This document shows positions 19,930 through 30,735 of a stretch of DNA of 64,000 nucleotides, in pieces. The position numbers were made by a program, and so were the translations under genes. How positions within the stretch are numbered: position 1 is the first letter of the stretch; each line of letters begins with the position of its first letter. The notes beneath the pieces were generated by a model. It ran no database searches and was not told where the DNA came from. It was given only the letters and a program-made list of their open reading frames with translations. Origin of the DNA: a virus; the IMG/VR virus record IMGVR_UViG_3300026488_000015, positions 64,001 to 128,000 of that record, one strand, 5' to 3'.

Positions 19930-20327
19930 TATGATTCTCCATTTTCGTGTTTAAATATTCTAATGTATGCTTTACCATCATTTTTCTTAGCGAACTCATT
20001 ACTAGCACTAAAAGAAAATTCAGTACCATCAGCAGTGAAAGTACCTTCTACATCTTCTGCTTTAGAAGCACTGTTTTGTTTGAATTTATATTTCTTTAAG
20101 AAATTTGTAAGTTCAACTTTTTGTTCATACGAAAATTCACCTTCAACAAACTGCCATAAATTGATACTTACACCATCCATACTACGAACTTTATCTTGTA
20201 GTTTACCTTTAGGTTTCATTCCAATCTTTTTTAATGCTAGAACTATAACTGACTCAACAAAATCCCAATCATCATCTTTCTTTGGGCTAAAAAGACCTTC
20301 ATTTACGAATTTACTAAATTTTATCAT
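19929..20327 (-). CDS. Putative internal virion protein (MIKFSKFVNEG)
   Basis: Leader identical to its neighbour. Confidence 0.55.
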   Translation of the reverse strand: MIKFSKFVNEGLFSPKKDDDWDFVESVIVLALKKIGMKPKGKLQDKVRSMDGVSINLWQFVEGEFSYEQKVELTNFLKKYKFKQNSASKAEDVEGTFTADGTEFSFSASNEFAKKNDGKAYIRIFKHENGES

Positions 20328-20337
20328 TTTGTTTCTC

Positions 20338-20880
20338 CTATACCTTTATATTCCAAAAAGCAAAAACTAATTCTTTGCCGTTTGCATCTTTTGCCATTAT
20401 TTCTGTATCAGCGTGTTTCTTATCGAGTTTTTGTTTTTGAACTGTAACAACTGTATCTTTAATAAGTTTTACATTTGTTTCGTATTCAAAATCAATCTTT
20501 TCGCCTTTCGCTAAAGTTACTTTTGTTTCGCCTTTAGTAATACTCTTCATAATATCTCTTGTATCAAAGAAAATTCCATTAGGGTTACCAACCCAATCTC
20601 TATTATGTTTGGCTTCTAACTTTCTCCACTCACTCCAAGGCATATTGATTGTTTTACCTGATTTATAATCAAGTAGTTCAATAGTTTCTTTTCCTAGTTT
20701 CGTCTTCTTATATAGTACATCGGGTATTACTTTAGCACTTTCTGATTTACCAATAGTTACAGACTCGCCTACATCGTGTTCATCATAAATTGACATACTT
20801 CTATCTAATTTATTTTTGAACCAAGACCAAAGACCTTCGTTTATATTGCTTTCTGATACGAACTCGCTAAATTTTATCAT
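20338..20880 (-). CDS. Putative internal virion protein (MIKFSEFVSE..INEG)
   Basis: CTS-like leader. Confidence 0.55.
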   Translation of the reverse strand: MIKFSEFVSESNINEGLWSWFKNKLDRSMSIYDEHDVGESVTIGKSESAKVIPDVLYKKTKLGKETIELLDYKSGKTINMPWSEWRKLEAKHNRDWVGNPNGIFFDTRDIMKSITKGETKVTLAKGEKIDFEYETNVKLIKDTVVTVQKQKLDKKHADTEIMAKDANGKELVFAFWNIKV

Positions 20881-20898
20881 TTTGTTTCTCCTATTTAA

Positions 20899-21201
20899 TT
20901 ACTTTAATCTTACCCATATCATTTTAATATCTTCAACTTCTATATTAACGAACTTTTGGTCGTTCCCGTCCACAGCTTTAATGGGTTTCAAAGACCTGAT
21001 ATTTTTTTCGTCTCTTTCCGTAAATACTCTTGAGCTTTGGATGCTACCATCTTCATCTTTGTATTCTACTTCACCAAACCAGCCTGTCCCATCAGTAGTC
21101 ATTACTTCTTTAAAACCATAGTTGTCCTTAGTCACTAAGTACATTTCTGATGCTTCATTTATTGCCTCATTGTCGTGAGTATATTCGCTAAATTTTTTCA
21201 T
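20899..21201 (-). CDS. Putative internal virion protein (MKKFSEY...INEA)
   Basis: Start revised to ATG 21201 (GGAG RBS); CTS-like leader. Confidence 0.5.
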   Translation of the reverse strand: MKKFSEYTHDNEAINEASEMYLVTKDNYGFKEVMTTDGTGWFGEVEYKDEDGSIQSSRVFTERDEKNIRSLKPIKAVDGNDQKFVNIEVEDIKMIWVRLK

Positions 21202-21686
21202 TAGTCTTCTCCTTTTGTGTTTTTCCAATCTAAATTTAATTCTTCTGTGTATTCTTCTTGAACAAAGAAATCTATATCATCTAAATCTTCAATATCTAAA
21301 GTATTTATATCATAATCTTCTAAATCGTAGCTTAATGTGATATGAGGAATGTAATCAGGGAAATCATAAGTACCATCGTATTCTTTCATAAGATATTCGT
21401 GTCTTGCTTTTAAATCAGGAGAATCTAACTGCAGTACAAGTACTTTTGTGTCACCCTCAAAGATTTTAAATGAGTGTAGTGGTGTATCGTATTGAACTTT
21501 TCCAGCTGACTCATAGCCCTCAAGCTTTGAACGGCTAAACATAATAGTTGTATGGTAATCTGTATTGATATTAGGAATATCGTTATCTTTACAGAATTCC
21601 TCTAAACCCTTTTCAACATCTTTCGAGAAGCGACCACCAACATAGGTACCTTTCTTCTCTTCATTACAAAATTCTGAAAATCTCAT
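21201..21686 (-). CDS. acb1: 2H phosphoesterase, T4 gp57B / anti-CBASS Acb1-like
   Basis: GTYV, YHTTIMFSR and YDFPDYIPHITLSYD (two HxT motifs), EY.EEL..DW end, as in gp57B/Acb1. Confidence 0.8.
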   Translation of the reverse strand: MRFSEFCNEEKKGTYVGGRFSKDVEKGLEEFCKDNDIPNINTDYHTTIMFSRSKLEGYESAGKVQYDTPLHSFKIFEGDTKVLVLQLDSPDLKARHEYLMKEYDGTYDFPDYIPHITLSYDLEDYDINTLDIEDLDDIDFFVQEEYTEELNLDWKNTKGED

Positions 21687-22006
21687 CTATAACCCTTTTT
21701 ATTGATATATTCTATTGTAGTATCAGTTAATTTTGTTTTAATAGTATAGTACCAATTATCGTAAACTTTCGATTCAGAAGTCTTCTCTATTTCCCAATCA
21801 ATGTCGGGGAATTGTTTGCTTAATCTTCTCATATCTTTAATTACTACTTCAGACATATCGGTTCCATCACCTACAAGGTATTTCCCTTTTATGCTCCAAG
21901 AACCTACAATATCCGTAACTAGTCTTAAAATACTAGCAGTTTTATCATCTAATTTTGCTTTCTTACTAAATAATCCTTCCTTTATTAATTCGCTAAATGA
22001 TTTCAT
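21683..22006 (-). CDS. Putative internal virion protein (MKSFSELIKEG)
   Basis: CTS-like leader. Confidence 0.5.
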   Translation of the reverse strand: MKSFSELIKEGLFSKKAKLDDKTASILRLVTDIVGSWSIKGKYLVGDGTDMSEVVIKDMRRLSKQFPDIDWEIEKTSESKVYDNWYYTIKTKLTDTTIEYINKKGYR

Positions 22007-22668
22007 TAGTGTTTCTTTCCATTAATCGTTTTGATTTGCCAATCAGTAATAACTGGTTCTCTACCTTTAGTAAATCTTTGAGCAAGATAAGGGTCAATTT
22101 TAGCATCATAATCGATTTTAAACATTTTAGAACCGTTATCAAGTGTAATGTCAATGATAGTACCACCTAGCTCCATACTTCTGTATGTGAACATAACATA
22201 GTCGCCTACTTTAGGTTTTGTTGATTCAGTTACTTCAACTTTTTCTTCTTCCTTTTCAGGTTTCTCTTCATCTTTTACTTCCTTCTTCTCAGGTTTCTCT
22301 TCTTTTTTCTTAGGCTTTTCTTTCTTCTCAGGTTTCTCTTCAGGAACTTCTTCCTCTTCTGGCTCAGGCTCTAATTCAGCATCTTCACCTTCTTCAGTCT
22401 CTACATCAGCAATATTATCAGCTATGAACTGTCCCATTTCTGCACTTAAATCGTGTAGTTTTGCTTCCATATCTAAGATGTTAGCTCTAAGAGGATTATC
22501 CTCTCTCATAACTCCTAATACACCTAAAAGTGATACATTAGCTATACTCGCTTGAATTTCTTTCATCGCTGCTAGAGCCTCGTAACGAACTGCGTTTTCT
22601 GTTACTTCTGTTTCTGGAATGATTTCTACTTTTGATTTAACACCAAGATGGTCTTTGAATGATTTCAT
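22006..22668 (-). CDS. Putative prohead core/internal protein with E/K/P-rich linker
   Basis: MKSFKDHL leader, EKPEKK repeats, late promoter at 22691-22698. Confidence 0.45.
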   Translation of the reverse strand: MKSFKDHLGVKSKVEIIPETEVTENAVRYEALAAMKEIQASIANVSLLGVLGVMREDNPLRANILDMEAKLHDLSAEMGQFIADNIADVETEEGEDAELEPEPEEEEVPEEKPEKKEKPKKKEEKPEKKEVKDEEKPEKEEEKVEVTESTKPKVGDYVMFTYRSMELGGTIIDITLDNGSKMFKIDYDAKIDPYLAQRFTKGREPVITDWQIKTINGKKH

Positions 22669-22693
22669 ATGGTTCTCCTAACTTTATTGATAT

Positions 22694-22975
22694 TTATAGG
22701 AGATAATGAGGGTGGAATTCTATGAGTATTTTTTTGAATGAGGGGAATTTTATTAGGTTATGCAATGATGTGTATATGTATTCTCCAGTGAATACGCCTT
22801 CGTTTGAGTATTCTTTAGTGTGGAATGAACCCCAAGAGTCTTCGTTTAAGTAGTTTTTAAGGATATTTTCGTATGAGTGGTATTTTATTTCATTCTGCCA
22901 TTTTATAGAGAAAATATGATGGACTCTTCCTTCCAAATCAATCACGAAAGGAAAACCAAAAGAGTCTTTATTCAT
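22694..22975 (-). CDS. Hypothetical protein, C-terminal PHYLL tag
   Basis: ORF track; motif family. Confidence 0.55.
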   Translation of the reverse strand: MNKDSFGFPFVIDLEGRVHHIFSIKWQNEIKYHSYENILKNYLNEDSWGSFHTKEYSNEGVFTGEYIYTSLHNLIKFPSFKKILIEFHPHYLL

Positions 22976-23216
22976 AACGAGATTCGCCGTTCCGTTCTAC
23001 TAGGATAGGTACTGGTGCTATGTCAAAATTGAATGCACAAGTGTCACCACATTTGTTGCAAGTGTATCTTACTAAATCTGTATCAGTACAATCTGCTTGG
23101 TCGTTGAGTGGGTCGCCACATCCGGGGCATTTACATACGCAACCACACTGCTCTAGTATTTTTTCTTCTCTACTCTTCTCTAGGCGGAACAGCTTTCTTA
23201 TGATTCCTAATAACAT
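22968..23216 (-). CDS. Small Zn-ribbon protein
   Basis: CPGC and CNKC. Confidence 0.5.
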   Translation of the reverse strand: MLLGIIRKLFRLEKSREEKILEQCGCVCKCPGCGDPLNDQADCTDTDLVRYTCNKCGDTCAFNFDIAPVPILVERNGESRYE

Positions 23217-23444
23217 ATTTGCCTCCTTCTTTGACTAAATATTTATTTAATATTGTTGTTTCTTGTACTGAAATATTTCTCCAATGGCCACCTTGACTAT
23301 CGTATAAAAATTCTTGGATTGTAGAACATTTCTCGCATATTCTATGTGATGGATAAAAACTATCGTATGTTTCATCAAGATATGTCCTTGAGATTACTTG
23401 ATTTACTTCCACCCATTTATGGAATTGATACCATTTACATTTCA

Positions 23445-23798
23445 TTATTCTAGCCAATCAGATATTAAATCAGTTGTTTTATCTGTATTTTCTGCTTTGA
23501 AATAACAGATTGCCTCTACCGTTGTATTCTCAAATTCTACCTCGATAACGCCTCTAGTATATAAATCAGGCACATCTTCAAATCTATCCAATTCAATAAG
23601 CTGTTCTTCGGTTACTTCGTACAGTTCGCCTTGAATAATATTGCCTTCTTGAGGTCTATCCTCTAAGAAAGGGAAATACCAACGGCTCTTATACATAGGG
23701 TAAGGTACTGTCGTTTCGCAAGGAAACAAGAACTTGCTATGGTTGTAGTGGTTATTTCTGCAACCTTGTTTGAGTGTTCCATATACAAATAATTTCAT
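23445..23798 (-). CDS. Gamma-glutamylcyclotransferase (AIG2-like)
   Basis: LFVYGTLK.G..N, GELYEV, LDRFE, LYTR. Confidence 0.9.
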   Translation of the reverse strand: MKLFVYGTLKQGCRNNHYNHSKFLFPCETTVPYPMYKSRWYFPFLEDRPQEGNIIQGELYEVTEEQLIELDRFEDVPDLYTRGVIEVEFENTTVEAICYFKAENTDKTTDLISDWLE

Positions 23799-23848
23799 TT
23801 TATTCCTTAATTTTTAATATAATATTATAACATAAAGTAGCTTAATGG

Positions 23849-24406
23849 CTACTTTATTTCCGAAAGAATGACTTCATTTACTTTTTTATTGTACTCTGAA
23901 TCAGTCTTGTAGTGTTTTGCTACTATAAATCCATTATAACGGTGTTCTGTCGTGATAGTAAATTTTGAAACATCAGTCATCTTAGCTAATCGTTGTGCTT
24001 CTCCTTTAGGGAAGAAAAAGGTAACAGTTTTATTGCCATCGATTACTGCATCCATATGATACTGTGAACCCATCTGATACACTTTTACTTTTGTTGGTGT
24101 ATGTACTTCTGTGTAATGCTCAAAAATAAAGATTCTAGGAAATAGATAGAATGCTATAGTAAGCACAACAAATGCTATAGATTGCATCATCAATGCTAAA
24201 GCCATATTCGCCTGTTCATCTGTTATATCAAGCATTTGAGCAAAGATAAAGAAAAATGTAGCAAATACCCAAAACACTAAATTAAATCCAATTACACTTA
24301 ACCAGATACTATACGAATCACCTAAATAAATGTATATACCAAGACCTACGAACCATATCAACGGGTACAGACCAAATCTGTATAAATTTTCTATATTTGT
24401 TTTCAT
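23849..24406 (-). CDS. Membrane protein
   Basis: Three N-terminal hydrophobic helices. Confidence 0.6.
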   Translation of the reverse strand: MKTNIENLYRFGLYPLIWFVGLGIYIYLGDSYSIWLSVIGFNLVFWVFATFFFIFAQMLDITDEQANMALALMMQSIAFVVLTIAFYLFPRIFIFEHYTEVHTPTKVKVYQMGSQYHMDAVIDGNKTVTFFFPKGEAQRLAKMTDVSKFTITTEHRYNGFIVAKHYKTDSEYNKKVNEVILSEIK

Positions 24407-24770
24407 CTTCTTCCTTTCTTCCTTTTTGTATTAGCCAATCCACAGAAGCTATTTGCTTCAATAACTATTAAGAGTATCATTAATCCAGTAAATATCGAAC
24501 CTTCTAATAATGACATTTAGTGCTCTCTTATTTCGAAACCAGGGTTAATGACTCTCATTGCATCTTGTAAGTTATCCAGGATTGCTGCTTTTTTATTAAC
24601 TTCTGTTACTAAGGCCAAATCTCTTGGTGAACTGAAACCGTCTTCAGGTACCATATTTTTAATCTCGTGATATAGTTCATTAATCAATCTATAAAGTCGT
24701 TGTTCTGTATCCATCTTTCTATCCTTTGTTTGATATGTAGTATTATAACATAAAATACCTTATAGATACC

Positions 24771-25097
24771 TTAAAGTACTAAATGTGGATTTTCTTTATA
24801 ATAATCTCTTATGTCAAAAGAGAACTCATTCTTAAAGAAATCCTGAAATTCTGGTAGATATTCAGAATATTCATCAAAATATCTATCCGTAAATATTTCT
24901 TGGAATGCCTTCGACATTTCGGTAATAGGACCAGTACCACCAATATCCATTAATTCTATTCTCGAATACCATAGCGAATAGAACCTATTCAATGAAGGAG
25001 ATACAATCAGTTCAAAATCAGGAACATCTGAAACATCATTAGCAAAACATTCTTGTATTAATTTATCGGTCTCTTTTGTTTTGCCTTTAAGAATCAT
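24771..25097 (-). CDS. Hypothetical protein, C-terminal PHLVL tag
   Basis: ORF track; motif family. Confidence 0.55.
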   Translation of the reverse strand: MILKGKTKETDKLIQECFANDVSDVPDFELIVSPSLNRFYSLWYSRIELMDIGGTGPITEMSKAFQEIFTDRYFDEYSEYLPEFQDFFKNEFSFDIRDYYKENPHLVL

Positions 25098-25354
25098 TAC
25101 ATTCTACGCTACAAATGGATTAGATAGGCTTATAGCATTCTCTGTTTGAAAATAGTATGAAATATCTCCGACTACAATACCCGCTAAAAATATCATTATG
25201 ATTGCTTGGACGATGACACCACCAACACCAGTCCCATCTTGTTTAAATATCATAAATACAGCAATAACGAATAAAGCTAACTGTGCTGCTAATACAAACT
25301 GTGTTCCCACTATAATTCCCGCCACAAAAACCCCTATCGTAAGTATGAATTCCA

Positions 25355-26515
25355 TTATAGACCCTCTACGAATTCTTTTGCTTTACCTAAAGAGTTGGTT
25401 TGTTTTTCGATGTGCTCTTTAACCATTTTACCCGCAGTTTGTTCTACATCACGAAATGATGTGTTAAGTGACTTCATAACACCACCAAATAATGGTTCGT
25501 TTCTATATTTTAAAGCGAATTCTTTTCTGTTTTCATCAAAATCTTGGAAATACTTTCTTCTTAGTTCTTTAAAAGCAACCACTTGATGATTATAATAATG
25601 AGAAACTTTTTCTTCCATTTCAATAATCATATCTTTTTTAGGACCTTGTACTAATTGAGCTATAACATCATCGATATTACCATCTAAGATAGTCTTCACT
25701 AAAAGATTCTCTCTAAATGCATCAGGACCAACTAAACCGTGTAATTGGATATAGTGGTCTGTTTTGATTTTTGCCATTTGACCATCTTCAAAAGTAACTA
25801 CCCAACCTTCGATGTTTGCTTGTGAAGTTTCTTTGAGTCTTAATAAACCATCGAGTGCTAGATTTTCATTTGGGAAGATTTTAAAGTCTTCAGTCACATT
25901 AATATTGAAAATATCAGCTAAAGATTTCATTTCTAATTTCTCTAAATAACTTCCATCATTTCTTCTAACTTGTAGTAGTGTCAAAGCATTAGCTACTTCA
26001 TAATTTAGTACAATTTGATTTTCAAATCCAACTAATTCAAAGATTGGAGTAAAATCTCTAATATTACATTCAGTAATAAAATGTTGGAATTCTCTGCTAG
26101 TATCATAGATATTTTGTGCCATTACAGCTTGTTCTGAAATAAATGACATTTTAGATTTAGCTCTAACTTTGCTATTCGGGAACTCAACAAAAGAGATAAC
26201 TGAACCGTCTTCTTTATTTTGTACACGAGCAACTTTCTTACCTTGTAAATCTTCTGGCATCCACCCTAAAGTTTGACCATAATTGAAGAATTTTTGCATT
26301 AAAAGATTTCTTTTCCAAGTGCCATCTGGTTGTTCAATGAATGTTAAACCTCTAAGTTCAAATGCTTCATCATTTGCGAAATCAGAAATTGATGCAAGGC
26401 GATAATCATACATTACTACATTAACACCTTCAACTTCTCGTTCTGCTTTAATAAATGCTTCATTACGAGCAACAATTTCATCACATTCTTGTTTTGTTTT
26501 TAAATAAAATTTCAT
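25355..26515 (-). CDS. rnlA: RNA ligase 1 (T4 RnlA-like)
   Basis: ELRGLTF, KFFN, KEDGS motif I, TPIFEL, EGWVV, KIKT..Y. Confidence 0.9.
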   Translation of the reverse strand: MKFYLKTKQECDEIVARNEAFIKAEREVEGVNVVMYDYRLASISDFANDEAFELRGLTFIEQPDGTWKRNLLMQKFFNYGQTLGWMPEDLQGKKVARVQNKEDGSVISFVEFPNSKVRAKSKMSFISEQAVMAQNIYDTSREFQHFITECNIRDFTPIFELVGFENQIVLNYEVANALTLLQVRRNDGSYLEKLEMKSLADIFNINVTEDFKIFPNENLALDGLLRLKETSQANIEGWVVTFEDGQMAKIKTDHYIQLHGLVGPDAFRENLLVKTILDGNIDDVIAQLVQGPKKDMIIEMEEKVSHYYNHQVVAFKELRRKYFQDFDENRKEFALKYRNEPLFGGVMKSLNTSFRDVEQTAGKMVKEHIEKQTNSLGKAKEFVEGL

Positions 26516-27067
26516 TTCTTATCCTTCTTTTGTTCGTATGATATAATCATCTTGAATTATTTTAGTAAATTCTTTAATAGCTTTAATTTCTTTCTTGTAT
26601 GGTATAGTGTTATTCAAATCTATCATAACATCTTTAAGCGAAATTAGCAGATTTGTTTTGGTTGTTATTTGTTTATTACAAATTCTATCCATATTACTAT
26701 AAATTTTGAAGCATTCTATTATAAAGGCCTCAATATTATCAGCACTTCTAAAAGACTTATCAGTTAAATTAAGTTTATTCTTTATAGTGTTAAACAATAA
26801 TTGGCTTTCGCAGAATGAAGAGAAATTATTCATCTAGTATCCCTTCTTTGACTAATGCATCTAATTCTTTTCTTAAATTAGGCATCAATCTTTTCATCTT
26901 TCTAATATTTTCTGCGTGTCTTACCGTAGAAAATAATGTACATTCTTTGTCTGAATATTTCTCGTTCAGGCTTTCTTTAAGTTCATTAATTTCTATTAGT
27001 ACATCAGAAAATTCTGAATCTGTTAATGACAATAAATCTTCTTTCGTATAATTCATTTCTTATCCTT

Positions 27068-27106
27068 CTCTCTTTATATGTAATATTATAACATAAGTAA
27101 CCTTAA
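27068..27106 (-). promoter_or_regulatory. Representative early promoter (TTAAG-N-TATGTTATAAT-ATTACATATAAAGAGAG)
   Basis: Extended -10 TGnTATAAT with TTAAG upstream; followed by AAGGA RBS. Confidence 0.85.
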
Positions 27107-27545
27107 GACCTTCTTAATTTCCAGTCCGACCACTCTCAGGTTCTACACCTCTTCTACGAGGCATTTGTTTTGCTATTTGTAATGCTGTTAATTTCATTTT
27201 CTTATCCTTTATTAGTATAATTGTTCATTTCATTAATGGATTTTTCTACTAAGATTCTTAAATATTTTGTCTTTTGTTCGTAAGCCTCTTTAGGGGAAGT
27301 ACCAAACATATTCCAACGGTCATCGCACTTTAATTGATTGCTTGATGCTTTTATCGTATCTCCGAATTGGTCGATTAGTAAAAAATAACCTCTTAAACCA
27401 CCATCAAAACTTTTAATAACTTCTAATGCTTCTTTTGGATTATCTCTGTGGTAAAATATCTTTTTTAACATTTTTAGTCCTTATCTCTCTTTATATGTAA
27501 TATTATAACATAAGTAACCTTAAAAGTAGATTAAGATTATATCAT

Positions 27546-28271
27546 TTATGCATACATTTTGATGTGATTGATTACATCTTGATTATTGTATTGACCCATT
27601 TTAAATCTACCTAATGCTGAATTTATTATCTCGACATTCGTTAAAGACTTAAACTCTTCTTTTGTAAGAATTGCTTTAAGCATTCTGAAAACTTTCATAT
27701 CTTTTTTAACAAGACCAAAATGAACCTTCTCACCAAAGATGGCATTCATACACTCATATCTATCTGAATACATATTTTTGATAAGATTCAATCTTTTTTC
27801 AAGTGAGTATTCTTTAATTCTATTAGTCATCTTTTTACTAATATCAGCATTAACCTCGACAATAACTGGTGAAGTTTTATAAGAAGTGTTCATAGGTTTT
27901 AAATTAAGAGGTGTAGCAACAAGTGTATGTGCTAATTTAGATAATCTGTCAGCATCTTCATTGAACTCTCTAGGAATCCAATTCAATGTGATGTTAAGAC
28001 CTTTTGCTAATGTAGATGAAACACCTTTAGCAGCAACACCTCTATTATCTGTGAATAAATGAGCAGATTCAATATTTCTATCTCTCATATATGTAAGAGT
28101 CTTTACTAATGCCATCGTTTCCATAAGTTCTGAATTATTTTGTGCTTTCGTTTTGTAAGGTAATTCATATCTGATATAGATTTCTTCTTTCGTGTCAAAG
28201 TTATAGATACCTATACCACAAAAACCTTCGTGGTAACTAGCATCGAAACAGATTTTAGTTTGAGTACTCAT
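27546..28271 (-). CDS. Ribonuclease H (type I-like) N-terminal domain protein
   Basis: ICFDAS..G..GIG, NNSELMETMAL, LFTDN, WIPREFNEDADRLSK. Confidence 0.85.
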   Translation of the reverse strand: MSTQTKICFDASYHEGFCGIGIYNFDTKEEIYIRYELPYKTKAQNNSELMETMALVKTLTYMRDRNIESAHLFTDNRGVAAKGVSSTLAKGLNITLNWIPREFNEDADRLSKLAHTLVATPLNLKPMNTSYKTSPVIVEVNADISKKMTNRIKEYSLEKRLNLIKNMYSDRYECMNAIFGEKVHFGLVKKDMKVFRMLKAILTKEEFKSLTNVEIINSALGRFKMGQYNNQDVINHIKMYA

Positions 28272-30735
28272 TTTAAATTCCTTTTGTCTCTTTATATGTA
28301 ATATTATAACATAAAGAACCTTAGAGCTTTATTAAGAGATTACGGTAACATTTTTCTGTGATTTATATTTTAGTAGTGCTTCGATTATTAGAGGGCTTTT
28401 CTTTGGGTTGATGGATACATTAGTTCTATCTAAAATTAGCACATTATTAACAAAATGAATAATTTCATCAAAGAATACTAGTGAATCAGAACCTAGAGTC
28501 AAATATCTACCTTCTTGGTCAATCTTGAGGTATTCGTATCCTAATGGTAACGATTCTAAAATCTCATCGAATTTTGGGTAGTTTAAGTGGTCTTTAAGAC
28601 CTAATACTAATTCTTTGATATTATCTGGTATCTCGTGTTGCACTTCAAAAGGTTCAACCCAAGAGGTGCTCTTATTATATTTCGCGTGGTCACCGTGTGG
28701 TTTGCCTGTGTATAGAAAGAACCCTTTATGACCAGAGCCGTTTTTTTCTGTTCTAAGAATCCACGAATCGTATTCTTCTAAGTACATAACGGCTACATCT
28801 TCCATTGTAAGAGGGAATGCTATGTTATTTGTGTTTACTTCCATTAGTACACCCCATTTTCTAATTTAATAAGAGGACCTTTGATATTGTATATTTCTAT
28901 ATGAGGCATCTTATCATATTTCCCATTTAGTAGCTCCTTATAATAAATATAAGCTTCTTCAGAATCTAAAAAACATCCTAGTTCTTGATTATTCCGACCA
29001 TCATAAACCCTATACATATTATAAGCTTCTATATCGATTGACATCTGCTCGTAAAATTCTTTGTAACCCATAATTATCCTTTGTTCTCTGTGAAGCTAGT
29101 AAGCTAATATACCCAGCGTGAGGCTATGACTAAGGCTCGTTTCCAGAATCTCGTTCATATCGTAATAAAATATCTGTCTCTATCTCTTTAAGCTTCTCAG
29201 CAATATCGTAATAGCATTCAGAATAGCAATCTTCACATAAATGTAAGTGAGTACCATATTTGTCGTGTTGTTCATTTAATGAAGCTGTAAGGTGGTGTTC
29301 ACCAACCCCTCCACATAAATCGCATTGTAAATCTTTCATTGATTAACCTTTCTAAGCTTCTGTACTTTTTCCCATCGTTCAAAATCTTCTGAATCTAAAG
29401 CCATCGGGTCTTTTTCTTGTACTTTTATTCCAAAATGTCTAGGTTGAAATTGAGCACCTGACATAATAATGGCAACTATAATAGTCCACTCACTCCAACC
29501 TAGAATGATTATGAGGTACAGAAATATACCCCAAATCATTCCTTCATAAAGCACTGTGTACAATAAGAAGTAAAATAATCTAGTTGAGTCTTTCATTAGA
29601 GGTCCTCCAAAATATTATCTACATTTGCAAAGAATACGGTGTTATAAGAACCATCGTATCCCTCGAATGTAACATAAGATGTACTATCTTCTATTTCAAT
29701 GTCTTCAATGGTTAAAACGCAACCTAACGAAAACTGCTCTTTCATTCTTTTTTGGTCGTTTGCGTAACCATTATTAGGGAATGCAAAGACTACCCTACTA
29801 CCCGCTTCAGAATATATATCCATCACGGGTCTAGTACCTATAATAGTGTTTGGTATTTTGTCTTCTATTGTGACTTCATCAACGGGGTCAAACGAAATAT
29901 TCAGCTGTACCCGAGTACCAACCATATCCACTTCATAAATATCTAACTCATTTAATCTTGATTCTGCTTGGGCAATAATAATTTCTTTTCTCGTATGTAG
30001 TCTAGCTCTACTAATGTTAGCACCGAACTCGGTGCTGCTGTTAATATACGATACCAAATAAGGGTAATTATTCTCGCCCTTTTTCTTTAAATAGTAGTTT
30101 TTCATAGTTTTCCTTATACAAAAAATGCCATCTGAAGAGCCAGAAGCTCATCACTGGTTAATGGTTTAATATTGCTCTTTGTACCTTTACTGAATACATA
30201 AACAGAATTCCTAGTACTGATAGAAATCTCGTAATAGTGGCGTGAAACTTCGTTGTACTCTATTTTTTCTATTGTAGATGTACTATATCTACCGTGTCGC
30301 AAATCAAAATTGCAATCAGTAGCATCGAATGTAAAACTAGCAGTCATATCGATATGTAATTTACATTCTTTACCTACGATTTCATCAGCATTAGAATTTG
30401 TTGTGCTTAGTAATGTTGTGGTCATTATTTTTCCTTTTCTCTTTATATGTAATATTATAACACAAAGTAGCTTAAACCTTCTTTTTAAGTATCATTTGGT
30501 TCTCTCCAAGTGCCAAAATTATATGTCTCACCATTAAATGGCTTCCATAAATCAAAATATAGTATTTTTGTTTGTGTTTTATTCCAACATCTGATTTGTG
30601 TATCGGTGTGCTCGATAAACTCTCTTATCTGATAATGAGTTTTATGCCATTCATTTTTTCTAACAAATATTAACATTATAATTCCTTTTCTCTCTTTATA
30701 TGTAATATTATAACATACTAAAGATAAGAGCCACC

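Noticed and set aside
22691-22700. Idea that the PHxLL tails are only a by-product of overlapping promoter DNA
   Set aside because: Promoter overlap (e.g. CTA-TAA-ATA) can explain only the last codon and stop in a few genes. It cannot explain Pro at -5 or His at -4, and several tagged genes have no downstream promoter.
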